Source: Octopus bimaculoides
Lineage: Eukaryota
Length of the DNA: 59,816 nt
Direction: 5' to 3'
Assembly: GCF_001194135.2 (NCBI RefSeq)
Contig: NC_068982.1
Location: 28,736,293-28,796,108 of the forward strand
The translations under genes were made by a program, and so were the position numbers. Positions 25,196-37,563 of this stretch are shown piece by piece; position 1 is the stretch's first letter, and each line of letters starts with the position of its first letter. The notes beneath the pieces are model-generated. The model searched no databases, had not been told where the DNA came from, and was given only the letters and a program-made list of their open reading frames with translations.

Positions 25196-25570
25196 GCAGA
25201 TAAGGCTGTGTTGTTAAGAAGCTCACTTTGCAACTGTGTGGATTCGTGTTCCGTCCCTGTGAAGCGGTACCTTGGGCAAGTATCTTCTACTAAATGCCTT
25301 GAGTGAATTTGGTTGACGACAACTGTGTGGAAACCCGTCTTCTATGTGTGCGTGTGTGTCTGTGTCTTTGCGTTTGTCCCCCACCACTGCTTGACAACCT
25401 GTATTGATGAGTTTACTTTCTCATAAGTAAATGTTCGGCAAAATAGATCAATAAGATAAGGTCCAGATTTGAAAAAAGAATGCTAGAGTAGATTTATTCG
25501 ACTAAAACTTTCAGTTCAGCGCCCCTGCATGGTCACAGTCCAATGACTAAATTAAATAAACGAGAAAAAG
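25196..25570 (+). mobile_element. Degenerate full-length SINE family A
   Basis: ggctgtgttgttaagaagc head, ccttgggcaagtatcttcta core, ctgcttgacaacc and catggtcacagtccaatgact tail. Confidence 0.8.
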
Positions 25571-25659
25571 AAAGCTAAAACATATTCTCACTGCTGCTGT
25601 TGCGCTTATATAACTCATGATATTGTTACTGTATTAGTTCCGAGTCATTGAGATCGCAT

Positions 25660-25885
25660 TAGTTCTGAATCAATGCGGTCATTTGACCTGCTAGAAATAG
25701 AAAGCAAACCTTTTATTTTTTCTTTCAGATATTATCCATGCGCAATACTATTTTGATATAAAGAAAAGAGACGTTATATAGCTTCGTCCTACTCACCCTT
25801 TAAAGTACAGGATGTTCACGGATGAAATCCCTTTGAGTCATAAGACTACTTGATGTCAAGGTTGATTTGGGGCTAAACAACGAAC
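25660..25885 (+). repeat. Interspersed repeat family E (head not seen)
   Basis: gcggtcatttgacctgctagaaatag...ggttgatttggggctaaacaac. Related fragments at ~35030-35090 (+) and ~23540-23600, 47410-47480, 51480-51540, 52084-52130 (-). Confidence 0.55.
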
Positions 25886-26370
25886 GAAACAACATCGGCA
25901 ACAAAGGTATTAGTTATTTTGACAACAAAACTGCATTGGGATAATCCTAGTTTTGTTGTTGGTGTTTTCTTTCTCACATTACTCAACGGAAGGAAATAAT
26001 TGCGTGCGGCTGTTTGGACGCTGTCGATATGGCACAGATGACCGGACCTTCAGCTTTGGCGAAATAACCTTCCAGCGCTGGAGGGGAAACACCCGCGCGC
26101 AGAAATATATACCTACAGACGTACAGATTGAAAGGATGAGAGTCAGAGGGGATGAGAGGTAAGGAGAGAAAGACATCACAGTTCATTAATTGAACACGAC
26201 TGACATAAACACTTTCCCTCTCCTTTCTCATCATCCATATAAAGAGAAAAATCTCACACACATAAACGCTGAGAAAGGGAGAGAGAGAACGGGGATAGAC
26301 TGAGAGAATAAGAGAATCATTAAAATGCCTGATGTCAAATAAGTCAGCATCAAATCAGCGACACCTACTA

Positions 26371-26437
26371 GGCGGCACCAGAACGGCTGTGCCAAAGTGG
26401 CTGTGCCAAAGTGGCTTTGCCAAAACGTGTCATATCC
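26371..26437. repeat. Four imperfect 14-bp tandem units (ggctgtgccaaagt), likely a DNA-transposon terminus
   Basis: ggcggcaccagaac-ggctgtgccaaagt-ggctgtgccaaagt-ggctttgccaaaac-gtgtcatatcc. Confidence 0.6.
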
Positions 26438-27939
26438 GTTACACGTGCGTTTTCCTGTGAGTGATTATACATTATACTTCAGTTACCGAACATTTCTTCC
26501 GTTGTTACTCTAAACTTAATGTTTTACAAACCTTACAGAATATATCCAACAACGTATGACTATGAAACCGTCTTTGACTTTACCCTACACAACATACGTT
26601 ACAATAAATACTAGTTTTGTATTGAGTACCACTCCGTTGATTATATTTCTTTGATATATCTGGGATCACGTACCAGTATGAGGAATCATATAGTGAATAA
26701 AAAAAAATTGGTAGAGTACCCGATTGAACGTTTTGTCTAACACAAAGCGTTTAGTCCATTTATATTCTAAGCACAGACAACAGTAGTTTCAACACTGCAT
26801 TTTATCCTCCAAATGTCAATAAATTAGTACTTATAACAAACGCGGGTCGAGTTATTCGAATATCTACCTACATACATTAAAATGTGCAGCCTCATGACTA
26901 TTAAAGAGTTATTATTGTGAAGAAGATAGCGAAGAAGTATAAATAGTGGAGCAACGGACGCTATAGCTTCCTGAAAAAAATGACCTTGTGCCAAATTAAA
27001 AATAACCGAATTTTGTCGGATGCTTGTAGGACGAATCCGGCTATCGGCTGATCCTTCATGAAAATCCCACATCGCTTTCTTTAACATTATGCAGTTTGGG
27101 TTCGCATGAGGAAGTATGACAAAAGAAGCTGTGTGGTGGAAGCGACTGAAAGAGTTGAAATGATATTTTACTTTTTGATCAAGCCCTTATCCGCCTTTTC
27201 CAAGCCCACCTAGAAATAAAAGTAAGAATGAAGATGAAGATTGTAACCCACACTTGTAGATTTTATCAAAAGGTCGAAGAAATTAGCGAGCATAGTTCGA
27301 GAGAATGAGAACATCTTCAGTATATAGAGATTGGAGAATGACAGCTTGATTATAGCATTTGCCTTCAGCTGCCAAGGTATTTGGTTTTCGTGGATGAATC
27401 TCAAATGGTGGTCTTATTCTAGGGACAATGAAAAATTGTCTATACGTCTTTTCTTTCACTGTAAGCCCTTAATTTTTGTAACCTATACCTCTAAATTTTC
27501 CAAATTCGTTTTCCTTGTGGCGTATTAAAAAAACCTCTTCCTCCTTATACAAAAGTACTATAATTCAACGATCCAGAGCATGTGGATCCTCACTTACCTA
27601 ATATAATACAAAATCCCACAGAAAAAATTTGGAATCTTCTGAATAGCATAGGGGTGGTTTTAGCACAGTAGAAGCGTGATCAGAAATGTGGGATACCCTG
27701 ATGAACGCAAGTAAAGATCTAATTGTTATATAGATATATTGTAATTATTCTGCGTTTTATCATATTTCTTTTAAATTATTTCGATATAAATTTTTGCTTT
27801 ATATATTTTTCATTGCTGCACTTATATATAATAGCATTCAACCGCCCCCAACTCATCTTTGTGCATCTACTCCGTCTTGCTTATCTCTGAGTCATTGTGA
27901 CTAATACAGAAGAGATCATTATTATTGTTGCTACTTTTT

Positions 27940-28090
27940 ATGTTCCAGGTTCAAATCCAGTCGAGGTCAACTTTGCATATAATCTTTCCAGGGCCGATAA
28001 AATAATTACCAGCCAAATGGTGAGGCCGATATAATTAACTAACCACACTCCCTTCAAAAATTGCTGACCTTGGGCTTAAATTAGAAACAC
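27940..28090 (+). mobile_element. Degenerate SINE family B, 3' two-thirds
   Basis: ggttcaaatcc, gaggtcaactttgc, ccgataaaataattaccag, ttgctgaccttgggc. Confidence 0.65.
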
Positions 28091-28844
28091 TGTTGTTGCT
28101 AACATCGGCGTTTATGTGGTTGCTATTGATGCAATTGTTATTATTACTCTTCAAGTGAACGGTTCCTCTCCGCCGGGCTGACAAACATAACAAACTGCAC
28201 ATTCCCACGAAAAGGCTAAGATAAATGCTCCATACTTTACACAGGCCAAATACAGATTTACATCTACATACTGTTTCTCTCAAGCAATAGATAAGACTAT
28301 CAGATGTATGTTGAATGATGCAGAAGTTGTGCTGGTTGTACAGCTGCCGGTAGTAATGGTGACAGTGTTAATGATATTTGCGCTAGTCTAGTGTAGTTGT
28401 GATGTTGGTGATGGTGTTAATAGCGATTTTGTTTGTAATGCTGGATGTGGAGGTGGTATTTGAGATAAAGGCGATAATGAAGTTGTTGCGGTGCTGTATG
28501 ATAATGATGTGGATGGAGGTGGGGGAAATATAGTTGCTGCAAATGTGGGGGTTCGTGTGTTTAGACTAAACTAATAAATGGGTTGACGGGTAGCAAAACA
28601 TGGCGACCGACTTGCTGTCATTAAGGCTAACAAACTTGAATTATCTATAAAAAAAACCATTGAAAAAAATAAAATAAAAGTATAATAAATATAAGGGTTA
28701 TAAGTTTGTTATGAAGTCACCGGTTTCACTTTGTGGGTCATTATATAGGCGATGTCTATTGAAGAGGATAATTGAGGTGAAAGTGTTTGTCTCAGGAGTT
28801 GTCGAAGTTGTTATTTTGTTTCAGTCTACCTCTAATCCAAACAG

Positions 28845-28940
28845 TCTTGTAATGAAGGACTTTCAACCCGTAATCATCCTGAATTTTGGGAAGAATACTT
28901 AGGACTACATTATCTGCTGCGTCCTTCTTATTTTAATACG
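28845..28940 (+). CDS. Candidate 96-nt phase-0/0 internal exon, unidentified
   Basis: ccaaacag| SCNEGLSTRNHPEFWEEYLGLHYLLRPSYFNT |gtaaaa. A stronger upstream AG (28823-24) has stops in the frames that reach this donor. Confidence 0.22.
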
Positions 28941-29007
28941 GTAAAATATGGTTTCGGGGAGATCTGAGTGCTATTTATAGCAGGTGCGTTTTAAAGTGAA
29001 AGGTACC

Positions 29008-29185
29008 GTGAAGGCGCATGGCTCAATGATCAGATGTGAAGGTGCTTGGCTCTGTGGTTAGAGCATCGGGCTTACAATCATGCGGTAGTGAGTTCGATTC
29101 CCGGACCGAGCTGTGTTGTGTTTTTGAGTAAGACACTTTATTTCACGTTGCTCCAGTTCATTCAGCTGTAGAGATGAGTTACTAA
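29008..29185 (+). mobile_element. SINE family D 5' half with duplicated head
   Basis: gtgaaggcgcatggctc followed by gtgaaggtgcttggctctgtggttagag; ttgagtaagacactttatttcacgttgctccagttca. Confidence 0.85.
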
Positions 29186-29189
29186 GAGG

Positions 29190-30660
29190 CCTTTACATGG
29201 AAATTAGAAATCTAAGGTTAGAATACCAAGAGTTCCAGTAAACCATGTGTGCTTGATGGCGGCAGTCCTGGCAAACAGGGAGGAAAATATAAACCTCCTG
29301 CAGGCTACCGTCACAGAGAATACATATTGGACTGGACAAACGCTGAAACTGCTATTGCAGGCAGAGCAGAAAATTTTAAAACATCTCCCAGAAATAGTAG
29401 AAGTAGGGGAGGAAATTCTGGATATTTTTGTTGAGGGGATTAAGCCCCGATGTTTCCAGTGTGGCCAACTGGGTCGCATTAAAAATATTGTAAAGAAAGT
29501 GANNNNNNNNNNNNNNNNNNNNNNNNNNNNNNNNNNNNNNNNNNNNNNNNNNNNNNNNNNNNNNNNNNNNNNNNNNNNNNNNNNNNNNNNNNNNNNNNNN
29601 NNNNNNNNNNNNNNNNNNNNNNNNNNNNNNNNNNNNNNNNNNNNNNNNNNNNNNNNNNNNNNNNNNNNNNNNNNNNNNNNNNNNNNNNNNNNNNNNNNNN
29701 NNNNNNNNNNNNNNNNNNNNNNNNNNNNNNNNNNNNNNNNNNNNNNNNNNNNNNNNNNNNNNNNNNNNNNNNNNNNNNNNNNNNNNNNNNNNNNNNNNNN
29801 NNNNNNNNNNNNNNNNNNNNNNNNNNNNNNNNNNNNNNNNNNNNNNNNNNNNNNNNNNNNNNNNNNNNNNNNNNNNNNNNNNNNNNNNNNNNNNNNNNNN
29901 NNNNNNNNNNNNNNNNNNNNNNNNNNNNNNNNNNNNNNNNNNNNNNNNNNNNNNNNNNNNNNNNNNNNNNNNNNNNNNNNNNNNNNNNNNNNNNNNNNNN
30001 NNNNNNNNNNNNNNNNNNNNNNNNNNNNNNNNNNNNNNNNNNNNNCTAATTGAACTATCAGAAAAATATAGGATAGGGAAACCGTCCCTTAATGTCTAGT
30101 GTCCGGAGATATCTGAAATGTGGGTTTATGTTGAACACCCGTTGTCCGGCGAAGGAAGAGTACAGCTGTCGACTGAGTCAATTATAAAAATTGACCCACT
30201 GGAATTTTTAACAAATGAAGGTAAGAATTGTTTTCTCACTGTTGTTGCAATAGCGAAAGAGGCAGTATGGAAGACTAGGATAAAAGGGATTAAGACGGGT
30301 AACTTTATCTCCGGCCACGAGATTTTCACTTTTCACGAAGAGATGCCTGTCGGAGAGTGTGTTCAAAAAAAGATGGAAGCATGTTACACGAGTGCTATGC
30401 GTGCATGGAACCATGTGAATAGGCTATAGAAGAAAAACAAGAGATGAAAGAAGTACTAGCGATAGATCGGGGCTTATGGGGTCGGAACGTGGCCTGATCA
30501 TTGCTATATTTGTGTCAAATTTGTATTGTGTATTTCATTCGGTTCTTATATATTTTATATAATTTTATTTTCATATTTATGTAATATCATAACGTGTTAC
30601 TGACCCCAATCAGTTGTTTTGCCCCATAGTTTGTATAGCCCCTGTGGGTAATAAAGAAAT
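29190..30660 (+). mobile_element. L1/Tx1-like LINE relic spanning a gap: ORF1 zinc-knuckle region, ORF2 C-terminus, 3' UTR
   Basis: LPEIVEVGEEILDIFVEGIKPRCFQCGQLGRIK (eroded CCHC); after the gap PLEFLTNEGKNCFLTVVAIAKEAVWKTRIKG; T-rich UTR ending tagcccctgtgggtaataaagaaat. Confidence 0.65.
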
Positions 30661-30835
30661 TGGTATTTCGTCTGTCTTTACGTTCTGAGTTCAAATTCCG
30701 CCGGGGTCGACTTTGCCTTTCATCCTTTCGGGATCGATAAATTAAGTACCAGTTGTGTACGTACTGAGGTCGATTTAATCGACTGCTCTCCATCTCCAAA
30801 CATTTGGGTCTTGTGCCTAGGGTAGAAAATATTGT
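30661..30835 (+). mobile_element. SINE family B lacking head, abutting the Tx1-like 3' end
   Basis: Starts at ggtatttcgtctgtctttacgttctgagttcaaattccgcc. Confidence 0.85.
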
Positions 30836-30842
30836 AATAAAT

Positions 30843-30975
30843 TAAGGAGGTGAGCTGGTTGAATCTTTAGCACGCCAAGCAAAATGTTTAGTGACATTTC
30901 GTCCGTCCTTACGTTCTGAGTTCAAAATCCACCGAGGTCTCCTTTTCCTTTCATCCTTCCGGAATCGTGCCAAAA
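30843..30975 (+). mobile_element. SINE family B with internal deletion
   Basis: aaggaggtgagctggttgaatc head, ttacgttctgagttcaaa. Confidence 0.8.
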
Positions 30976-31094
30976 TCTGAAATATTATAATAAGCTACTT
31001 ATCATATATAAATAATCACAGCGACGACAAGAGCACCAACAACAGAAATAGACTTCGAAATAGGAATAAGTAAACAAACAAAACCGAAGGATCC

Positions 31095-31180
31095 TTGGGC
31101 AAATGTCTCCTATGGCTTTTGGTCGACCAAAGCCTTTTTAGTGGATTCGTTAAACGGACACTGAAAGAAATGTGTGTATT

Positions 31181-31219
<39 letters not shown>
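31095..31219 (+). mobile_element. SINE family A core followed by (TG)n into a gap
   Basis: ccttgggcaaatgtct...cgaccaaagcc...ctgaaagaa. Confidence 0.7.
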
Positions 31220-31799
31220 NNNNNNNNNNNNNNNNNNNNNNNNNNNNNNNNNNNNNNNNNNNNNNNNNNNNNNNNNNNNNNNNNNNNNNNNNNNNNNNNN
31301 NNNNNNNNNNNNNNNNNNNNNNNNNNNNNNNNNNNNNNNNNNNNNNNNNNNNNNNNNNNNNNNNNNNNNNNNNNNNNNNNNNNNNNNNNNNNNNNNNNNN
31401 NNNNNNNNNNNNNNNNNNNNNNNNNNNNNNNNNNNNNNNNNNNNNNNNNNNNNNNNNNNNNNNNNNNNNNNNNNNNNNNNNNNNNNNNNNNNNNNNNNNN
31501 NNNNNNNNNNNNNNNNNNNNNNNNNNNNNNNNNNNNNNNNNNNNNNNNNNNNNNNNNNNNNNNNNNNNNNNNNNNNNNNNNNNNNNNNNNNNNNNNNNNN
31601 NNNNNNNNNNNNNNNNNNNNNNNNNNNNNNNNNNNNNNNNNNNNNNNNNNNNNNNNNNNNNNNNNNNNNNNNNNNNNNNNNNNNNNNNNNNNNNNNNNNN
31701 NNNNNNNNNNNNNNNNNNNNNNNNNNNNNNNNNNNNNNNNNNNNNNNNNNNNNNNNNNNNNNNNNNNNNNNNNNNNNNNNNNNNNNNNNNNNNNNNNNN

Positions 31800-32153
31800 T
31801 ATTTAATCTCCATACCTTCGTTTTATTTGCTTTTTTCATTTTAAATTTGCTTTAACCCTAACCTTAACCCTAACCCTAACCCTAACCCTAGGGTTAGGGT
31901 TAGGGTTAGGGTTAATTGTTTCAGAATCGTTTGTTTATGTAGTCGGCACTTAATGTATATCGGCTGAATGGACGTCAGTGATTGGTTGAAATTACAGAAA
32001 TACGACAACTTTAACATGAAATAATTTATGGATTTCTTTTTTTTTTAAGAAGACTAAGAGAAAAAGATGTTTTATATGACACATTCTACCAGTATTCCAA
32101 GTTTCAAAGTGTTTCGTTAATGAAAAATGTGGCCCCCGTTTTAAAAAAGATCC
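31800..32153. mobile_element. Right part of GGATC-ended MITE carrying a telomere-repeat palindrome (left part in gap)
   Basis: Near-identical to 48666-48996; (AACCCT)6(AGGGTT)4 at ~31854-31914; ends cgttttaaaaaagatcc. Confidence 0.9.
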
Positions 32154-33143
32154 ATATTTACTTTTGGTGTGGCGGTGTTATGAACTCACGTCGAATTAAT
32201 AACCGGAATTAAATTATTCTGGCCTGATATTGTAGGAGCGCTGAGAAAGTGTGTGGGTGATAGTTGAATAGTTTAAAAAGCACTGATATAAATGCTCAGG
32301 CGAAGCTGATAGCAGAGATGTTCGTAGTGGATATAGAAGCTGTGGCAGTGTAGAGTGAATCATGTTAGTTTTAGTTGGTAAGCTGGTTAAGAAAGTTGAT
32401 AGAATGTGATTTGTAGAATACTTGCTCATATTTATTACAAATCAAATGAGAGTGTAGATACTATCCCGTTGCATTGAACTTGTAATTTGATTGTTGTTTC
32501 AGATCAATAATGGAGTTCATTTATTTCGACAGGATTTCTACTTTGCATAATAACTCATAAATTTGATCACAAGATTTATAAATGCAGCAGGTTTGATAAG
32601 GTTTGTGGTCTCTCACAGTTCTTGAGAATCTATAGATCATAAAGACGCATGGTCGGTGTCGTAGTGCGACCGGAAATTCTCGTGGGAATTCACAACTCAA
32701 TCTCTTGTTTATCGTTTGAATTGCTTCACTACATTCGTTTATCCTGTAACCCGTTTAATAAAAGCATGGACGTTAAGTCTTCCCAGTTCATCACCTTTAT
32801 TAAGAAAACGTTGTACATTTAGAGTATACAGTTTAACATATGTTTTACGAAATCTATTGTGTTGCTACCACAATGCAGTTTGTATTGAAGGTCCCCCTAT
32901 TTATTTTGTTCCCATATCATGGAAAATGATTGCCTTCAGCAAAAGGTTATTGATCTGAAGTAATATAACCTCTTTAAAGCAAGAGATTTTTGTATGGGCC
33001 TATGCAAATAATCATCGTTATCACACCTGCATAAGTTCGAATCTCATCCTTGTCCTCAAATTCGTTATATTTTGTCTTATTAATTAGAAACGAGCCAAGA
33101 TGGAGTATGCAAAACTTTATAAGCAACACAACAATTTACAAAA

Positions 33144-34225
33144 TATTTCTTTATTACCCATAATAAGGCTATAGAGAAAAGGTTCGTTCGCCAAGTACAA
33201 CACATAAAGACAATACAAAACGAGGCATAACATAAACTCGGGGAACTAAAAATTAATAAAAAGATGACACAAGTAGAAAAAATAAAAGAAACGAATGATA
33301 GTATGAAAAGAATGAAAATGAGGCGTAATGCCCACTCGACCCCCGAAGTCCAGTGGTTATATTGTTACATTATTTCATCACAGTCTTTTCTCTTATTCAA
33401 AGCTTACATTATTTTCCTTTTTTTTTACCCCAAAAGTCCACAATATTGTATATTCTGCAATGTTTCTCAATCATCAGTTATGTCTTCATATTCCACCACA
33501 GACGGCGGGGCGTCACATAACCAAATTGATTTTATTTCTTTTATCGCTTCTCCAGCTTCTCCAAATGTATCTGTAACTCCCGTGTACCTGTCTTCATGCA
33601 TCATAATCCCTATGTCATCCGTTTCATATTCTTATCTGGACATTTTCACCCTCACCACTCTTTTCCATTTTGCAATAGTTTTTTTTTTCCATTTCTATAC
33701 TCTTTTTATAAACAACTAGTATTCCTTTATACTTGCATTCTTCTTCATTTGATGCTACTTCCACTGCTTGCACACTTTTAGATTTAAGTTCCTCCTCACC
33801 TTTCTGTGTCTCCTTAGTTTCCATAGACTTTTTTCTTGCTTTTGCCTTCTTCCTTTTGGGGCTGATAAACTCATCACCCTCTTCTTTCATTTCGTTTGTT
33901 TCCTTTATGTTGCTGACTCGCTCACCATCACTTTTATCTTTCTCTTGTTCCTCTTTCTCATATAACGTAAATTCCGCCAAGAGGCACTGAGCCTTCGTAT
34001 GGCCCCGAGCCCCACAAATGTAGCAATTGGGCTGTCTTCCTTCCACTATTACACCTAGCCTTCCTCCTTCTTCAATCTCAATCTGGTAGGGGATTCGCTC
34101 CATGTCTTCGAATATGGCAAAAAGCCACATTTCGACGCCGAATCCCCTGCGGTTTCTCTTATTCCTTGTTTGACTTCGTTTTTTTTGTACCATTGTTTCC
34201 TTCCAGTGCAACAGTAGTAAGGATT
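33144..34225 (-). mobile_element. L1/Tx1-like element with ORF1 (intact CCHC knuckle) followed directly by a 3' UTR; no ORF2 seen
   Basis: GVIVEGRQPNCYICGARGHTKAQC (CX2CX4HX4C) then a K/E-rich region. One frameshift at an A-run near 33690 extends the frame to ~33425. UTR ends tagccttattatgggtaataaagaaata. Confidence 0.7.
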
Positions 34226-35113
34226 TCTCAATCTAAAACATTAAAGGTTCAAATTCAAATAAGACCACTATCAGTAAACTATTTTCATTCAAAAACAATT
34301 GTTTTTGGTGGCATTTTTTTTTGTTACACTGTGGACGTTAGCCTACCTGACAATCATCATCATCAACATTATCAACATCAATGAAGACGGAACATACTGA
34401 AACGTCATCCTATAAATTAGAGAAACTAATCGATGACACAGTAACATTACACGGTTTTAGAATGTTATAGGTAAGTTCAACAAATAACAAATTATCTGGA
34501 GAAGATGGCAGCTCCAATAAGATGTCTGGTCACTTTGCCTTTCTAATAGCGAGGTCGCTGTGTGAGAACTAGTTAGCTGTTTGCAAAATTGTGGATTTTA
34601 ATTATATGAATGCTGTGAAAGTGGATGACATCGCTTATCTGAGACGAGCATTGCTTTTATGGTTGGGTTAGAGATGAAGAGCAATTTCTGTCGAGGGTAG
34701 AATAGATGGTATTTCAGCTAGTTAGGGGATATGAATTACAAGAGAGTTTGAAATAGAATTAGCTAGTATGTGGCAGGATAATTTGAGCAGACAGATGATT
34801 TTAAGAGGTGAAAATTGTGGTAGTTGCGTAATGGTTAGGTTTGGATTCAAGAAAGCGGGTGCAAAGACTACAAGATGGCAAACGTTTCATCATCTGGGGT
34901 GCTTGTTACATCGGGTCAGTAGGAATGAGAGAATCAAGCGATGATGTATGAATGGTTTGCATTTAAATTAGCCAGAAGGATAAATTCAGGAAAAGAAGGA
35001 ACAAATGTAAGAACATCTACATAGTCCATCGTCGAGAAGTAATAACCAAATCTCCCTCAAATCAATACGTATCGTCTTAAATATCGATTGCAATGATTGA
35101 TTTCTCTATTCAC

Positions 35114-35409
<296 letters not shown>

Positions 35410-36465
35410 ACTAACAGAGAAATGAAGCGAGGGAGTAAATAATGGAGAACAATACTATAAGACAGAATTTTAAAAATTGTATTTCAAAATAATACATATT
35501 TTCTTTCGAAAAGTAATATTCATTCCATCATTTTGTATAAGTATCAAGAAATTTGATAAAAGCTAAATTATAATTATTGTATGTATGCTATAGTTCCTGA
35601 TGTTACCTATGGTGGTAAAAGCATTCTTCTAAAGTTCCCCGTCGTATTACGGTTAACATCAGGTATTCACACACACACCACCAGGTATTCACATACACAC
35701 TCACGCAAAACATACACACGCATACACACACTCATGCATATATACAAACATATATACATATATGCACACATATGTATGCTTGTATGAATGTATGTATAAA
35801 TCAATGAGGAACCGAGAAGGAATGAAATCGCCTACTTTACATCACAAACACACTCACGCGCGCACGCTTATATATAGATACGTACGGTGATGCGCGCGCG
35901 CAACGCGTGTGATTGTTTGTTTGTGTGTATTTATTTCTCATTTTTATCTTGGATGTGCTGTCATGCCTGTCTCAGTGCCGTGCGTTTGTATGAAAGAAAA
36001 CAACGGAGAGAGAGAGAGAGAGAGACAGAGAGAGACAGAGAGAGAAGAGCAAGAAAGAAAGAAAGAAAGAAAGAAAGAAATGAAGAGTACGGGGGACTGT
36101 GAGGCATAACGAGAGAGATACGTAGACAGGTTGATTAAGAGGCAGAAAGAGAGCGAGAGAAATAGTGCGATATGGACTTAAATTGGTAATTAATTGTGGT
36201 TGAGATGACCTGGACTGATTAAGGTTGTTGTGTCAGATTTGTTATAACTTACAACCATAAATGAATTCAGTCAGTGATTAACTGACAACAATTTGCTATT
36301 GAGGTAACATCAATGTTACCGTAGTGGAAGTAATGTTGCTGTTGTAAAGGATGTGTATATACATACGTGAGACAAACACACACACACAGACGAACATACA
36401 CACACGTATGTTTGTATACATCCATCCATTCATCGACTCATACTAACGTAATATATACGTACATA

Positions 36466-36680
36466 AAAGCGGTGAGCTGGCAGAAACGTTAGCACACCGG
36501 GTGAAATGCTTAGCGATATTTTGTCTGCTGTTACGTTCTGAGTTCAAATTCCGCTGAGGTCGACTTTGCCTTTCATCCTTTCGGGAGTCAATAAATTAAG
36601 TATCAGCTGCTTACTGGAGTCGGTCTAATCGACGATCCCCCTTACCCAAAATTTCGGGTATGTGCCTAGAGTAAAAAAGA
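36466..36680 (+). mobile_element. SINE family B, full length, 15-16-bp TSD
   Basis: TSD atatatacgtacata at 36451-36465 and 36681-36695. Confidence 0.92.
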
Positions 36681-36741
36681 ATATATACGTACATATATGC
36701 ATACATATATCCATCCATTTATATATATATATATATATATA

Positions 36742-36880
36742 TGGGAGAATATACAAATAATGACAACAGACGAGGACAGGTGGTGTAAATAACAAAAGTA
36801 TATATTAGTATGACGCTCGGGAATACGGAAAGTCTTTGACGTTTCGAGCTACGCTCTTCAACAGAAAGAATACGGAGACA
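36742..36880. repeat. Interspersed repeat with an eroded hammerhead-like motif on the minus strand (possible Penelope-derived LTR)
   Basis: Minus strand ttgaaga-gcgtagctc-gaaacgtc at ~36836-36861. The segment gacgaggacaggtggtgta also occurs inverted at ~12800-12820. Confidence 0.45.
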
Positions 36881-36901
36881 AGTGTGTGTGTATGTGTGTG
36901 T

Positions 36902-36940
<39 letters not shown>

Positions 36941-36946
36941 TGTTCA

Positions 36947-37531
36947 CTGGTGAAAACCAGTTTATGGGGTTACCCTGTGTTTCCAGTAGATAAGGAGTTT
37001 AACTTTATGGCGTGTCTTAAGACTCCAGGACCTATTGGCCTATGACCCCCTTAAAATTTGAAGGAGAAGAGTCTGGATTATCACCCTATGATAATGGCTT
37101 ATCGACTTCCGGCCGTACTGCAATCGATCAGATATAAGGTTAAACAATAGGGAATTATCTTCCTCTCCCTTTAGCCATCAAATTCCGGCGGTTCCCAAAA
37201 GACCAGCAGAAATCTACTAAAATGCAGACATGGCTCGAAAATCTCCGTTTTGGAGTTAAGTTTAGCTCTTGGCTCGAGTGAGTCCCTTAGGATTCTCGTG
37301 CGTTCGGCTATGCATAGCTTGCAGCCTTTCGTATCGTCAATGTAGAGACATGGGTTTTCGAGGATTTTCTATAAAATCGTGAATCCAATAGGTCTTGGGG
37401 TCTGAAGATTCGCCATTAAGTTTAACCCTTTATGGACGGGAAACCCAGGGTAATCCCATAAACCGGCCTTCACCAGGAAACAATATAGACTGCTCTACTT
37501 CTTAGAGTGTACTTCTCCGGATTTGTTTTTT
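36947..37531. mobile_element. Fold-back element with ~90-bp imperfect inverted arms and a 3' extension
   Basis: Left ctggtgaaaaccagtttatggggttaccctg...gacctattgg inverts to right ccaataggtc...cagggtaatcccataaaccggccttcaccag (ends 37476). The extension is shared with 50810-51060. Confidence 0.8.
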
Positions 37532-37563
37532 CGAAAAACGATATATGTATTAATAATTTAAAG

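Noticed and set aside
26890-27660. Purine-rich, stop-riddled frames with FVDES and NPTEKIWNLL resembling Tc1 motifs
   Set aside because: The motifs are too close together and too degenerate to support a transposase call without an alignment.
27690-27730. ctgatga-acgcaagt-aaagatct, hammerhead-like
   Set aside because: GAAA is incomplete and there is no stem I.
31854-31914. Interpretation as a chromosome-end fusion scar or true telomere
   Set aside because: The orientation is C-rich then G-rich, the array is short, and it is embedded in a repeated MITE.
34381-34415. atgaaga..gaaacgtc hammerhead-like (similar traces at ~45455 plus and ~48215 minus)
   Set aside because: Core substitutions and no closing stem II or stem I; at best unprovable relics.
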